The notes: generated from the letters alone by a model not told the origin. A stretch of 63,694 nt of DNA, filler included, from Reticulomyxa filosa (GCA_000512085.1; 11 parts of 11 records of this genome joined end to end with filler, not necessarily neighbours in it); one strand, 5' to 3'. Shown: positions 15,089-28,518, counted from the first letter of the whole stretch. Program-made: numbers and translations.

Positions 15089-18035
15089 TCAAGAGCCTTC
15101 ATTTAAAATTTGAACATTTTTTAAGATAATCTTGATATGACCAGCTCTCACCTTCAAAATCTTCAAATCATCCTCGCTGATACATTTGATCGACTCCATT
15201 CTATCGAAGCCTTTTTCAATAAACAATTTGTAATACTCTCTCAATTCAATATCACGCAACCATTGTTTTACTTGCTTTTTTTCGTTTTCTCTTTTGAGTA
15301 TTTTTTGTCTTTCAAGCTCTTTTTTTTTTTCTTTTCTTTTTCATTTTCATTTTCTTCAGCTCTCGATTTTTTTGTTTCCTTGTGCTCTTCCGCGTCTTTT
15401 TTGCTGTGTTTCCTACCCGTGTGTTCGCTTTCGCTTGAAATTTGATTTTGACTTTCACTATCACTTGTGCTTTCGCTTTCGCGACTACGAATGTGATTTG
15501 CATCATTGCCATTGCGATGCTCACTATGACTATGGTTGTCAGTATTAATGTCATCATCATGCCCATTGATATCAGTCTTCGAATTATTGTCATTGCTGTT
15601 ATTATTGTTATTGCTGTTATTATTATCATTGCTGTTATTGTTGTCATTGCTATCCCTACTGTCGCTGCTCTCACTTTGTTCTCTTTTTTTTTTACTTTTT
15701 TATTTCTCCTTTTTCGATTCGATTCTCTGTCTTTCTCGTCTTTGCTTTGGCGACTTTTTTTGTGTTTGCTGCGCTTATCACTTTTTTGTTTTTTCGTTTT
15801 GGCTTCTTCTTTTTGGTGTCGTTTTTTGTGCAAATTGCCGTTTCGAGCGGACGGACATTTATAAATACGAGCCTGTCCCTCGCAAGTTTGTAAAATGTTT
15901 ATGAACGGAGTCTTCTCAAGTGTCTATACACTCAACACAAAAAAAAGAGTATAATTACTTCTGATGGTGGGATGAATGTGTAAGTCTTTTTTGTTGAAAG
16001 AATATCTAAACGTGGACACATGAAATGGTATCAGGATAATTGTAGGAGCACTCGTTGCATTTATTGTCTTTCCATTTGCGAATGATCCGTTCCGCCTTAT
16101 TCCGTTCTGTTTCGCTGCGAAAAAATAGCTCGACTTTTTGTCGTTGAAGAGCCAAAGAATTGGAATTGTCATTTTTTTTTTTCAAACAATGCATTATTTC
16201 TTTACACTTTTTATCTTTCAGAATACCACTGTTGTTAATTATATGCTCCCAAAGTTTTTTTTTCTTCCATCTGTATGGTAAATTACTTATAATCACCGCG
16301 TTCTTTCTCCCATACACACATAAACATTTAAATAATTACAGCAATCCACAAACAAACAAACAAAAAGTTAAACTTTATATAGAGTAGCGACGAGGAGTCG
16401 ATTTTTATAGAATGTATTGTGTAGACTATGTCCAATTTGTTCAATTATTTGCTCAAAAATGACGGCATTGTTACAATAATCTTTGCTGTTCGGGTCGCAC
16501 CACACGCAAAATTGATTATTTCTTGATTCTTCAAATATGTCCACCAATTTGATGTCTGTTCGTTATATGAAATTTTATTTTTCTACTTTATTGACATCGG
16601 CATATATTTTTTAAAAAAATGGCTCTAATCTAGAAAAACTTGGACGGAACTCTGTTTGCAAAATACCTCTTCAATACTTTTGAATTAAATGGCACGGGGA
16701 CATTAGTTAGTTCAACAAAAGGATAAGGACGATGCTTGTCCTATACAGAGAAGAAGAAGAAGAAGAAGAGATATAGATTATGAGATAACAAAAAGCAAAC
16801 CTGTGTATTCCACAACAAATGCTTTTGCCAAACTTCAGGCAATACATGATATTTACTACACATGCCATCATTGAATTGATGATGAATCTCATTCCAGCAT
16901 AAAAATGTCTACATTCCAATATTTCATTGTGAGCAAACAAACTCGTATACGTTGTCAATTTCCTACCCTTCCCTCCAAGGTGTGTGTTCTCCCTCTCCTC
17001 TTTTCTCTTCTAGACTTTGTCTTCGAAAGAAAAGAACATTTGGAATATATTGTATGTACGTTGCAATGTTCGATAATGTCGGGATGAATACTGTATCTTT
17101 TGCTGTCTGTTTTGATGTCCTTATTCAAAGACCGGACAAATGGCATTGCCGCAATGCGTTGAGATTTGAGACTTAGACGATCTATGTCATCGGGAAAGAG
17201 TATCCTTGAAGAGTAATAGAGGTCAGAGTTTGTCATTCCTTCTGAAGGAAATCCCGCTTCTATTTGAACTGTCAGCACACGATCATAGGCGCTCTGTAAG
17301 TCACCATATTCCATTGCTATTACACCGTCCACTCTTTTTGGCTCTTCCCTTTCACACACTCTTTTTTGTTTTATTGCATGCGTGATAACGCTTGCACGTA
17401 AATAACTATACCTTTGCCGGCAAAAAGCACTGTTTCATAAGTGTAATAAAAAAAAAATTGTTTTCCTCACTTTCAAAAAGACATCAATACAAAATTGAAA
17501 TCTTATGTAAACTTTAATTTCATCCAATGGAATTTTTAGCTTGTTGCATTTGCAATGCTCTTCGTTATGATGACATACATCCATGACCTTTCTTCCCAGT
17601 TCATCACCCAGCACACAGAATCATTACCCCAAACAGTAAGTAATATTAAAATAAGAACAAATGAGGATATTCGAAATATCTTAACATCCAATGAGCATCG
17701 GACATTATTCCTTCGTTTCTGTTATTAATCCCCCGTATGGAGTGTGTATATGTAATAGATATTTTTTTATTTTGTCTTTTTCACACAGCAATAATTCTCT
17801 TTCGACAAACAAAAGAATAATTACAATAATTGCTCACCCCATGGAAAAAAAAGAAATATTTGGACAATCGGCTAGGCTCTGGAACGTCGTTGTACCTTTT
17901 CGTCCACTCACTTTCAAATTCGTCCAACGGGAGATAGGGCAAAGCCGAACCATGTGAAAGGTTGATAAACACACTTACGAACTTTTCTCCCAGCTCTTCA
18001 AATTTATTATCTCTGAAGTCTGGACGAGACTTCAT
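15089..18035 (-). CDS. Multi-exon protein with RRM-like segments, K/S/N/D low-complexity region and C-terminal SAM domain
   Basis: The C-terminus VKQWLRDIELREYYKLFIEKGFDRMESIKCISEDDLKILKVRAGHIKIILKNV is a SAM-domain pattern (stop at 15089). RRM-like segments: AVIISNLPY, FVELTNVP...HNTFYKNRLLVATLY. ATG MKSRPDF at 18035. One A-run frameshift at 15684-15693. Linking all 5' exons into one gene is inferred. Confidence 0.6.
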
Positions 18036-18436
18036 TATTTTCAACTAAAAAAAAAGGCAAAATAAAAAGTTCAGCGTCTTTTTTTGTGTTAAACTACACA
18101 ACTGCTAAGACCAAATTGATTATGATATCAAAAATTTAATTTTTAATGCATAGAGTTGCGTTAATTCAAAAACGGTATTGGAAAAAAAGGTTCAATCAAA
18201 CAGAGTAATCACAATATAAAGTAAACACTAAACAATACTTTCAACTTTGGCAACACATCACAAAAGGGTATAAAATTGCTTAAAATGTTAAAGTTTCTGT
18301 AATACAAAAAAATTTAATTAAAAAGAGTAAGTACATTAGTAAACTGTAATAATTATTAACAAGAATAGCTTTTCAATAAAATAGTACGTACCTTTTATGG
18401 AAATTATCGTAATGTACAGTATATTGCAAAAAAAAC

Positions 18437-18536
18437 NNNNNNNNNNNNNNNNNNNNNNNNNNNNNNNNNNNNNNNNNNNNTTAATTAATTAANNNNNNNN
18501 NNNNNNNNNNNNNNNNNNNNNNNNNNNNNNNNNNNN
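18437..18536. other. Assembly gap spacer (N44-TTAATTAATTAA-N44)
   Basis: Same 100-nt spacer with stops in all six frames occurs 10 times; artificial. Confidence 0.98.
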
Positions 18537-19081
18537 TCATTCAAAGATAAAGATAGACAATTTTCTATTAATTTGATATCAATTGCACTTATATTTGAAT
18601 TTTGATTAAAATTGTACTTTTGAAGACTAGTCCTTAAAACACTTTAACTCTTATTAAAAATATTGCTTACATAGAGATAGCCACAAAAACTAAATTAAAG
18701 AGAAAAAAACATATTACACCTTTGCCTTATTTGATATTATCACTTTGTTGGAGAAAATAGTAAAGATAACCGCGTATCTAGACTTGGACAATGACTCATT
18801 AAAAAAGTGATGAAAAGTTCGTCTATGCAGTTACCTTTGTTTATGGATTATGTTATTTTTGCTTACGTTAAATAAAATTAAGTTCCAATTCAATAAATCT
18901 GCGTGTTTTGTAATATTTTTTGTAGGAGTTAATAATACTTTAGCTTTGCGTAATTTCTTCACAAAAACCATATTAGATGATTTTTGTTAGTTTATTCAAT
19001 TTAATCAGCAAACAAACAACCTTTGCTTCAAAAAAACCTCGTTTGAAATAAAATTAATTTTATCCCTCCACATATAGCCGA

Positions 19082-20806
19082 ATGTCATTGAAACTCCCAG
19101 AAAAAGTGGATTATGAATATGTGGTTGTAAATCTGTCAGCAGAGAGTGGTACGAAAGATAGTAAGAGTACAACATCCAACGAAAAGAAGGAGAAGACAGG
19201 AACAAAAAGCAAGAAGAAGGAAGACAAGAACGCAGCAACGAACAAAAAGGAAGGGTTGAGTGAGATAAAGAATGAAGTGGGAGGAACAGCAACAAAAGCA
19301 GAAGAATCAAGAGCAGAAGCAGGAGCAAGAGTAGGAGCAGAAGTGGATGTGAATCAAATAGTAAATGCAGATGGAAAGTTGCACACTGTGTCATTTTTGC
19401 CCAAAGTGTTAATAACAAACCCTTCGGCAATGAACGCAGAGATTCCAGAGAACATTAAGCACGTGAAAGGGCCAGATTTCGACGAAGGCAATGGGATTGA
19501 TTTTATTATGAATGCCTTCAAAACCACTGGTTTTCAAGCAACATCTATGGCGGATGCCGCCGAATCGATTCTGCAAATGGTACTATGCATATTATATACA
19601 TATGCATATTATATACATATGCATATTATATACATATATGTATATAATATGAACCATTATATTCTCCCCCCTTTTTTTTAAAAAAAAAAAAAAGATTCAT
19701 TGGAGATTAACCCCAGAAGAGGTGAAAAGCAAGGAAGAGGAGTTGGGACATTTGTCGAGTGAAGACATAGCAAACGCGCGATGTACAATTTTCATGGGTT
19801 TGACGAGTAATCAAATTTCTTGTGGACAACGCGAGATCATACTGTTTTTGTGCAAACACAATATGATCGATTGCATCGTTACCACCGGCGGCGCTGTTGA
19901 AGAAGACATTATGAAGATCTTTAATCCTCATTACATGGGCGACTTTCATTTGAAAGGATCCGAACTGCGTGTTCGAGGAATCAATCGAATTGGTTATTTT
20001 TTATTTTTTTGCACAACATAACTTTTGCGAATTTCCGAAAGTGGTTTAAAATCAAAAATAATTTATTAAATAATAATAATAATAATAACAGTAAACATTA
20101 AAAATTTATATCATCCTGTTTCTAAAAAAAAAAAAAAAAAATAAATAAAATAGGGAACTTGGTCGTGCCAAATAAGAATTATTGCGACTTCGAGAAATGG
20201 TTGACGCCAATACTGAAAAAGATGCTTAGTGAGCAACGCGAAAGTAAAGGCAAACTCGTGTGGACTCCAAGCAAACTGATTCGACGTATTGGAAAGGAAA
20301 TCAATGACGAGCGTAGTGTCTGGTATTGGTGCTACAAGAACAACATCCCCGTATTTTGTCCTGGCATCATTGATGGTGCCATTGGAGACATTCTCTACTT
20401 TTTATGCTACGAAGACGATGGCTTTATTCTAGACTCGGTCCAAGACATTCGCATTCTCAATAATATCGCCTTGTCTAGTATCCGCAGTGGGGTCATCATT
20501 CTGGGCGGGGGCATTGTCAAACATCACATTTTGAATGCCAATCTCTTACGCAATGGCGCAAACTGGAGCGTCTTTATTAACACCGGATATGGTTACGACG
20601 GCAGCGATAGTGGAGCTGATCCAGATGAGGCTGTCAGCTGGGGCAAACTTCGACTTGACAGCAGGCCGGTCAAAATTTTTGCTGAGGCCACCACTGTCTT
20701 TCCTTGGATCGTTGCTTCCACTTTTGCACATTCAAAACATAAACATGCGGCCAAGAAACCAAAGAGAGCACTTGACGATGCTTATGACATTCTGGAACTT
20801 CGATAA
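19082..20806 (+). CDS. DHPS: Deoxyhypusine synthase
   Basis: Three exons. Motifs [96 protein letters not shown] (catalytic Lys present). Confidence 0.95.
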
Positions 20807-22577
20807 ACATTTCTGTTCTTTTTTTTTGTATCTCTTTTTAAATGATGTTTTTTCCGCATTAAAAAAAAAGAAACAATACCTAGCGAATTTGGGAACAAAA
20901 AAAGTAAAAGAGTCAATTTCAAAAAAACAGTGCACTTTCTTTCTCAGATCATAAGCGTCCAAAAAAAAATATGCAATAATCTTTTTTTGTTTAAATATAC
21001 CACGCTTGCAAAAAAAAAAATCTTCATCATTAAACACTTTTCATTATTATGATGCGTAACATACAAATTACATAAAGTTTTTGAAGGAGTAGTGACTATA
21101 AAAATATATAAAATATAGTGATTTATTACGAAATGACGGACTCAATATTTGACATACTATAATCTCTTTTGTCTCAACACATACAAGCAGTGTTTACAAA
21201 AAAAAAGATTAGTACTTCGTACAATCATATTTTTGGCATAAAACTTTTTTATTCATTTTCAACATTTATTTTTTGTCTACTTGACACTTCATCAATCGCT
21301 CAGACTCTGAAATCCTAGTTATTGATAATGAATATATTATTGAACAACATAATATTGACCACTTATTTGAAAGACTATCGCATTTGAATAAGAGATCGAT
21401 CAGTATGTACACTTAAGCTATCGCTTTTAGTCATTTGCATTATTTTTATATTCATAATAATGCACTATATTTTCGACAAAATATTATTGTATTTGTTTGT
21501 GTAAAAAAAACTTTGTTTGGAATAATCTAGTTGGGTGATGTTAACATTGATACATCTTTCGACTACTTCATTCCAAAAAAAATGTTCAAACTAAAAAGAA
21601 AATGTTTTTATTTTTATCATTTCTTTTTTTTTGCATTTTACTGACAGTTCAATTGACTTAAATCAAAATACAATAAAACAAACAATTGTATTATGTTATC
21701 AAAAAAGAAAATTATGTGTTTTATTTTTTATAGTTGCGCATTTGCGATGAAACAGTTACGACAAAAAAAGGCAATTAATTTGGAAATTATTTCTTTTGAT
21801 TTGCACAAAAGAGAATTGAGTTTTTGAAAATTGTTTTTTATAAAATTGTAATAATTTTGAATGATATTAATTTTTTATTGTATTTTCTAAAAATTATTCT
21901 TACTAATTGTTATGTTATACATACTTTTTCGTGCAATCACATACAAAAGCACTTCTGTTGAAGATGTATGTTTCGTGGTTCAACTTTTTATTTTCGGATT
22001 TCAAAAAAAGATTTTTGGACACATGTGTCAACATTTAAAAACTGGGGCAAAACTTTTTTTGGTACATTTAAAGAAAATACGAAAATTTATGTCAAGTATT
22101 ACGAATTTTTCATTTTTTTTTACATCACCCAAAACAAAAAACTTTAAAGATTGTCATTTTTGCTTTTTTGTAATAATCGGTCTGCACATACAAAAAATGG
22201 AGAAAATTTCTAGGATTATCTTTTTTTTGTGGATAAAGGACGTTTACAAGAGAAGTTAATAAGTAAACAATGATAGGTTGATCGAGCTGGACACAAATAT
22301 AGCGAGAAAAAAAACAACTCAGTCTAACCGCTGTTTTACCTTGCGAAGAAATGCAATTAAAATAATAAAACAGAAGAAACAAAAAACGAACAAAAATAAA
22401 AGGAAAAAAAGGGAATGGGACAGCAATTGGTTAAAACTTCAAATGAAGAGCCTGTCCCGATCCACTTTGTGACAGAAACGCAAACAACGGAACCAAAATA
22501 CTTATGTTCAAAAAATTTCGAATTGAACAGTTTGTTTATCCTCCCAATTTCTCTTTCTGTTCGCTGCAGGAGAGATT

Positions 22578-24090
22578 TTAAATTTTAAAGCTTTGTTCTC
22601 GAGGCTATAATGTATCATTATAAAGAAAATACAGTAATAAATTATTCTCTCTTTCCATACGTTGCGACGTGCCCCAACAAAAAAACATACATATGAATAT
22701 AAATATATGTGTATATATTGTATATAAGTCATATATCAAACCTGCCAAATAACTCTTCGGGAACGATATTCTTGTTGCTGTGATTTTTGTTCCTTCTTTG
22801 TAGAGCCCTGAGATTTTCTTGGAGCTTTCTCAGCTCTTGATTGTTGTGGACGATATTGCCTGTTTTTCGTGCTTTGTTTATATTGGGATTGCCTTTTGTT
22901 GTAAGAGGTTGAGTTATTTTTTACGTTTTTCGCAATCTTTGTTGGCCGCGCAGCAAATCTGTACTGTTCCGCAACAGAACCAAATGTCTCAACGTCCAAA
23001 TTTCTGTGTTCTTCCTCCGCTGCAGCCGGCGCGGGCTCTTCCTTTTTCTCTTTTGCGTTTTCTTTTTTGGTTGTGTTCAAATTCAAATGATCAAAAAAGT
23101 TGTCCTTGTCATATGCTCGTTTCCCATGAGTTATTGTCACCGTATCTTCAGGTTTTGCACCTGCCACTTGTTGATTTTGGTTCTCTGTTGTTTTTTTTTC
23201 TTCCGATTGCTTCTCGTTTTTGTTGTCATTTGGACCGTTTGCCTCTTTTTCTTCTGATTGCTTCTTGCTTTCATTTTCTCTCGTTGATTCCTATTATTCA
23301 CCGGGGAAACGACACAATGAGACATCAATGAGTAATACACATATATGTGTGCATGTGTGTGTGGTTTTTTTTTTCCTCTCCTTTTCCTTGTTCCTTGTCT
23401 CATGTTCGATTGACATATGTTTATTATAACAAACAAGTTTTGCGAGTGATGCTGCAAAGTCCAAATCCTCTTTTGGGACCTCGATTTCACTTCCGACCAG
23501 TTGTCTGCGTTCCAAGTATTCACCTGTTCCGGCACGCGCAGTTGTAGTCTCTTGCTTTCGAGGAGGTTTTCGTGCTGCCGGATATTTCTTCACCTTCACC
23601 GAAGACTGCTGCTGAGCCACTTGACCGCGTTTGTAGTTACTCGCATAGAAGCCTTGAGCTTTTCGGTAGTTGTTATTGCGAGACACATTGTTTTGATCTT
23701 TCGTTGTTTTTTCGTCGTTGCAGAGTTGCCACGGTATTGATAGCGAGCACTATCAAGTTATGTTCCACTTTTTTTTTTTTTTAGCCCCTTTTTATAAAAA
23801 AAAAAAAAAAATAAAAAATGGTCATGTTCAAATTTGCGAAACTCATAAAAACCATCATTGGAATACCCATAGTTGGCATATGAGCGAGACTTTGTTTGCC
23901 TTGGGACTCTTGAAGTATAGTTGTGTGATTGATGATTGTTTTGAGCAGGGTAGCTATAGTCATTGTGATAGCTATAGTCATTATGATAGCCGTAGTCATA
24001 TTTGGCCCTCGAGTCCGCGTACGGCGCCTGTTTCTTAATTCCAACTTTGCGTTTGTGCATTTGAATTTGTGCAGTTGTTTCGCGACTGTT
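22578..24090 (-). CDS. LSM14/Scd6-type FDF-FFD-TFG protein (5' end probably in gap)
   Basis: DFDF-like motif EDLDFAASLAKL, FFD box AYDKDNFFDHL, TFG box EEHRNLDVETFG in the canonical order. Tyr-rich N-terminal exon. Last exon PREQSFKI*. The N-terminal LSm domain is not seen, but the contig ends at 24131. Confidence 0.8.
23951..24000 (-). repeat. 18-bp tandem repeat encoding (ND/YD)Y(S/G)YH
   Basis: tagctatagtcattgtga / tagctatagtcattatga / tagccgtagtcata on the + strand; translates YDYGYHNDYSYHNDYSY. Confidence 0.8.
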
Positions 24091-24131
24091 CTTGTCAACC
24101 ACAAAAAATTTCATTATTATTTTTTTTTTTT

Positions 24132-24231
24132 NNNNNNNNNNNNNNNNNNNNNNNNNNNNNNNNNNNNNNNNNNNNTTAATTAATTAANNNNNNNNNNNNN
24201 NNNNNNNNNNNNNNNNNNNNNNNNNNNNNNN
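24132..24231. other. Assembly gap spacer
   Basis: N44-TTAATTAATTAA-N44. Confidence 0.98.
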
Positions 24232-26300
24232 TTTATAAGATACGCCATTCAAAGCGCAATGTACGATCCATAATTAATGCGCCTTCATTTAAATATTGAT
24301 TTGTTCATTATTGAACAATATTTTCCATTTGAGAAATGCAGGCGCGCGTTCTTTGGTAGTGTGGTTCCGTGATTGATTATTGAATGTTCATCAGCAACAA
24401 TTCGATTTGATGTTGCCACACTTTTTACTTTTCATATGCTGCAACCATTGATAATGCTTGCTGGTGTTGTCGCTGCTGTCACTGTTGCTATTGCCGCTGG
24501 GGGATTCACTGCAGCATCAATGGCAGCGACGACGTGTCCATCTGAATGTTGTGCATCTCAATTTCAATCTGTGCACTTTTGAATATCTATTCACAAATTT
24601 CAAGTAACACAAACACACATATATAAGTATAAAGATGTTTGTTTATGTTTGCTATTAGTTATTGAATATATTATATATATAAATATATAAATATGTACGT
24701 ACAAATATAAAATAATTAAACTTTTTCGAGAATGGACCCAAGTACGACTTACGACGCCAGCGTCATGCACATGAAAGGGGACAGGCGCAAATAAATGATC
24801 AATCGAATAACAGCGAGTCTTGTGATGCCATAAAATATGTTCTTGCTGTGTGTGCGCCTCGACTTCAAATGCCAATGCCCTCATCAAGTGTTCGATTATT
24901 TTGGACAATTGAGCGAACTTGGTGAGTTATTGGCATTGAAATGCTTGTCCCCCTTGTATTCTATTTCTTGAGTGGTAGCCTTGCCAATACGAGTTGGTTT
25001 TTGGTAATCAAGCGACTCGTGACCAGCGGCTGCACCTTCGAGAAAGAGAGAAAGAGAGAAGGGGATGAGAGAAAAAAGGGGAATCACACAATCGACTTCT
25101 TGCGCTATTTTCTACGTGTTTAAAGCAGAACATAGTGCCCCCACGTCTTGAAGCAATTATTACCCGTTTCCTCCCCCCAAATGATTGAGAGATTTTTAAA
25201 TTTTCCACCAAACTATCGACCACCACGACATTCTTTTTTTTTCTAATCAACGACGCAGCAGCCTTATCTCTCTTCTACGCACACCAAACCAAAGTATCTG
25301 GATAGAGCAATGGTGTGCGAATGTTGGTACAAATATCACTACAAAATAACACATATCCAATATCTTGTAACGGTGGATTAATGAATATGGGACGCGTTTT
25401 GCCAACAACATTGCAACTTCTTGACCTTGCCACACTCGTCCAGCAGCTTTCATTGCGGCACAAGATAGGAAACCAGTATACGTTCGGAAATGCGCAAATT
25501 CGCATTCGCGTGTAGAGAATCATTCCATAACTATTAAAAAAATAAATCGAATGTGAATACCTCCAAACTTTTGTGACCATCTTTGTTCTCTTCCTCATCA
25601 CCATCACTATTCTCATTCTCTTATTCCCAATTTCTTCTTTCTGTTTGGTGGTGGTCTTGGTTGAGTTTTGCATAACTCCCCTCCAATCAAATTGAGCAAC
25701 TCGTACACGATGAGCGATTCTTCTAGCGTCGTGGTTTGATCGAATATCAGCGACTTATCTTTTTTCCATAGTCATCGTCGTTTTGTGAATAGCTTTTCCG
25801 TTATTTCTCTTCTGGTACCTTGATTCTATTTTTTTTTTCCTATCATTTGTCCACCCCCCTTTTATTTTATTTTCTTTTTCTTTTTCCGATATCTGGTTCT
25901 TTGTTCGCTCTGTGCAGGTTTTGCATTTTCTATCTGTCTTGTATAATCGATAATTGCGATTTTGCTCCAATCCACTTTTTCGCTATTGATATTGATCTGT
26001 CGATTTTCAGTCTTGACTTGTTGAGCTGGACCTTATCTTCTGTTGTCGACTGGTATATGATAGTTCGCAAATACTTTCTGGATATCATTTTTCTTTCTGA
26101 CGCCAATTGTTCGACACTTTCATGAGATTCTGTCAATTTCTTCAATTTCACTTAGATAACCAACTGATGATTCAGCAACTTACTTATCACATCTTTTGCG
26201 CTTGCCAACTTTTCTTTGGATCATTTTTCGACTGTCAGCAACGTCCAGCGGTAGTCAAATTGGTCTTGCGACCCTCCATCTAACGAAAGTTTTTTAGTGG
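24232..26300 (-). pseudogene. Degraded multi-exon gene of unknown family
   Basis: Coding-like blocks (LIFDQTTTLEESLIVYELLNLIGGELCK; ENENSDGDEEENKDG; KIIEHLMRALAFEVE; YLNEGALIMDRTLRFEWRIL) and GT-AG introns, but many in-frame stops and frame switches. Confidence 0.45.
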
Positions 26301-27209
26301 CTCATTGACAGCCAAAATTCCAAATGAAATAGGGAAACCCCTTTTTTCTTTTTATATCCCTTTTTTTTCCCCCTTCATTTTTATCTTCACTTCTTTTTTT
26401 TTTTCTTTTCCAACATTTTTTATTTTTTTCAAATTTCATTTTTTTTCTTCAGTTTCATTTTTTATTTTTTTCTTATTTTTTTCAAATAAAATTTCACAAT
26501 TTTTTTTAATTTTTCCCAACTTTTTCCCTTTATTTTCCCATCATTTTCCCATTTATTTTCAATTACTTTTCCATCATTTTTCCCTTTTATCTTCCTTTTC
26601 ATTTCCCCAAAATTTCCCTAATATAAAATAAAAATTAAAAAAACAAAAAACACTTCCAATCTTTGCTTGACTCGTTGAACTACTATAAACAAGTCAAAAA
26701 AAAAAAAATTTTTCATTTTTTAAAAAAAACAAAATAAAACATACTGGACAGTGGATCAATTACAATCTAATTTTCCTATTTTTTTCTTTGTTTGGGGAAG
26801 ATGTGATTTTTCGTTTGCTCAAAAGGGGGGGGCAGATATTTTTTGTTTGCGTGGGAGTATGCCTATTCACGAAACAAAAATATATTTGATAATAAAATAA
26901 AATAAAAATAAAAATTCAAACTCTTTTTATTTTTTTAAAATGCTGGGGAGGCTTCAACCCCAATTTTCTTGAGTGGAGTGTACAATTTTTTTTTTCTTTG
27001 CTGGACGGGCTGAGGCTGTGATCAAAACACGAACAATTCATTATGTCAAAAAAAATAAAAAATAAACAAACCTTTTTGACTCCTTGTGGAGACGGGGGGC
27101 CTTACCCCATTCTTCTTTTTTTTTTCTTTTGTTGAAGGACGCAGAGCATCCGAAGATAAAAACCATTTTTTTTCTTTGTGAAGTGGACAGGAACGACAAC
27201 AAAAAAAAA

Positions 27210-27309
27210 NNNNNNNNNNNNNNNNNNNNNNNNNNNNNNNNNNNNNNNNNNNNTTAATTAATTAANNNNNNNNNNNNNNNNNNNNNNNNNNNNNNNNNNN
27301 NNNNNNNNN
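27210..27309. other. Assembly gap spacer
   Basis: N44-TTAATTAATTAA-N44. Confidence 0.98.
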
Positions 27310-28518
27310 ACAAACAAACAAATACTTTAACCAAGTTTACGCGCGCCTTTTTGAAACTGCTGGGGTCGTTGGATATTTTTGGCAACGTTGCAGGCCTGGC
27401 CAACTCAGTGCAGTCCGGATTGCATGACTTTTGGTATGAGCCCTCCACGGCCGAAAGTCCGGACGAAGTGATTGAGGGTATCAAGCGAGGTACGTACAGT
27501 TTACTGCAAAACTCCATTTCGGGTGTGGCCAACTCTTTGTCGACATTTACTGGAGCCATTGGCAGGGGCTTGTCTTATGCGTCGACCGACACCAAATTTG
27601 CCCGCGATCGAACCATTCAAAGATCCGGTGATAGGCCTTCCACGTTCTTGGACTCGGTTGTGAGTGGCGGAAAGAGCTTCACCAAAGCTCTTGGCAGTGC
27701 TGTCACTGGCTTGGTGCACGACCCCTTGAAAGGCGCAGAAGAAAATGGAACCACAGGGGCTCTCATTGGAATGGGTCAAGGGGTGCTAGGATTGTTTGTC
27801 AAGCCTGTGGTTGGAGCGACTGACTTTGTCAGTGATGTTTTGTATGGTGCGGGTGTTCTTTTGCCGAGTTTAAATGAGACAGTTACGTTTGATTATATTT
27901 ATGTACATACATATATATATGTACATGTGTATATGTTTAATACCATTGTTCTTTGACTCTTTCTCTTCTTTTTTATTGTTTTTTAGAATCGACAACGGTT
28001 CAGAGACCCTCGTATGTTTTACGGAAGAGAGCACATCATGCGCGAGTTTGACGCGTTTGATGCACTTCTACGACTTAATTTGATGAAAGTTACATAATTA
28101 TGCTGATACATATCACAAAGGGGGGGGAGAGGAAAATATATATTGTACTAAAGACTTTTCTATTGAATAGATGCAAGATAGTAAGTATTCAAACGAGGCG
28201 TTCGAAGGGCACTTCCGCGCTTCATCCGGTGAAGTGCTCATAATGCTCGGAAATGGACTTTTGCAGACAAGAAAAAGCAAAAGCAAAGAAAAGAAATTAA
28301 AGATTGTGGAATTTTTTCCTTGGCAAATGTTTTCTGCTCTTTCTGCCACTGGTCGTTGGCTGGTATTTACTTTGAAGGAGCCGAGACTACGGACAACCAG
28401 TGGCGCTTCACAAAATTTCGAAAATCACACCAAAGAATTAAAAATCGAATTGTCCGATGCGAGGGAAGCAATAAGAGTTGCTGCTCTAATTCGGTCTTTC
28501 CAAAAATTTCTACGATGA
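27310..28518 (+). CDS. VPS13: VPS13-family protein, C-terminal fragment (ATG_C-like region + PH-like tail)
   Basis: KLLGSLDIFGNVAGL...GLHDFWYEP, GxxGL amphipathic helices (AVTGLVHDPLKGAEENG...GVLGLFVKPVVGATDF) and RFRDPRMF are typical of the VPS13 C-terminus. 5' end truncated by the gap. Confidence 0.9.

Noticed and set aside
18481-18492. TTAATTAATTAA palindrome recurring 10 times (repeat array or element end?)
   Set aside because: Always centred in a 100-nt N spacer; artificial six-frame-stop linker.
22578-24131. LSM14-like protein lacking an LSm domain as a novel architecture
   Set aside because: The 5' end runs into an assembly gap, so absence cannot be established.
24232-24580. Stops at apparent Gln/Arg positions suggesting stop-codon reassignment or RIP-like mutation
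   Set aside because: The Q-rich reading is probably the shifted frame of an S/N/D tract. Intact genes here end in TAA, TAG and TGA and have no internal stops.
26305-27209. Very T-rich block, Phe-rich ORF and garbled coding-like sequence
   Set aside because: Looks like low-quality contig-end sequence; no supportable gene.
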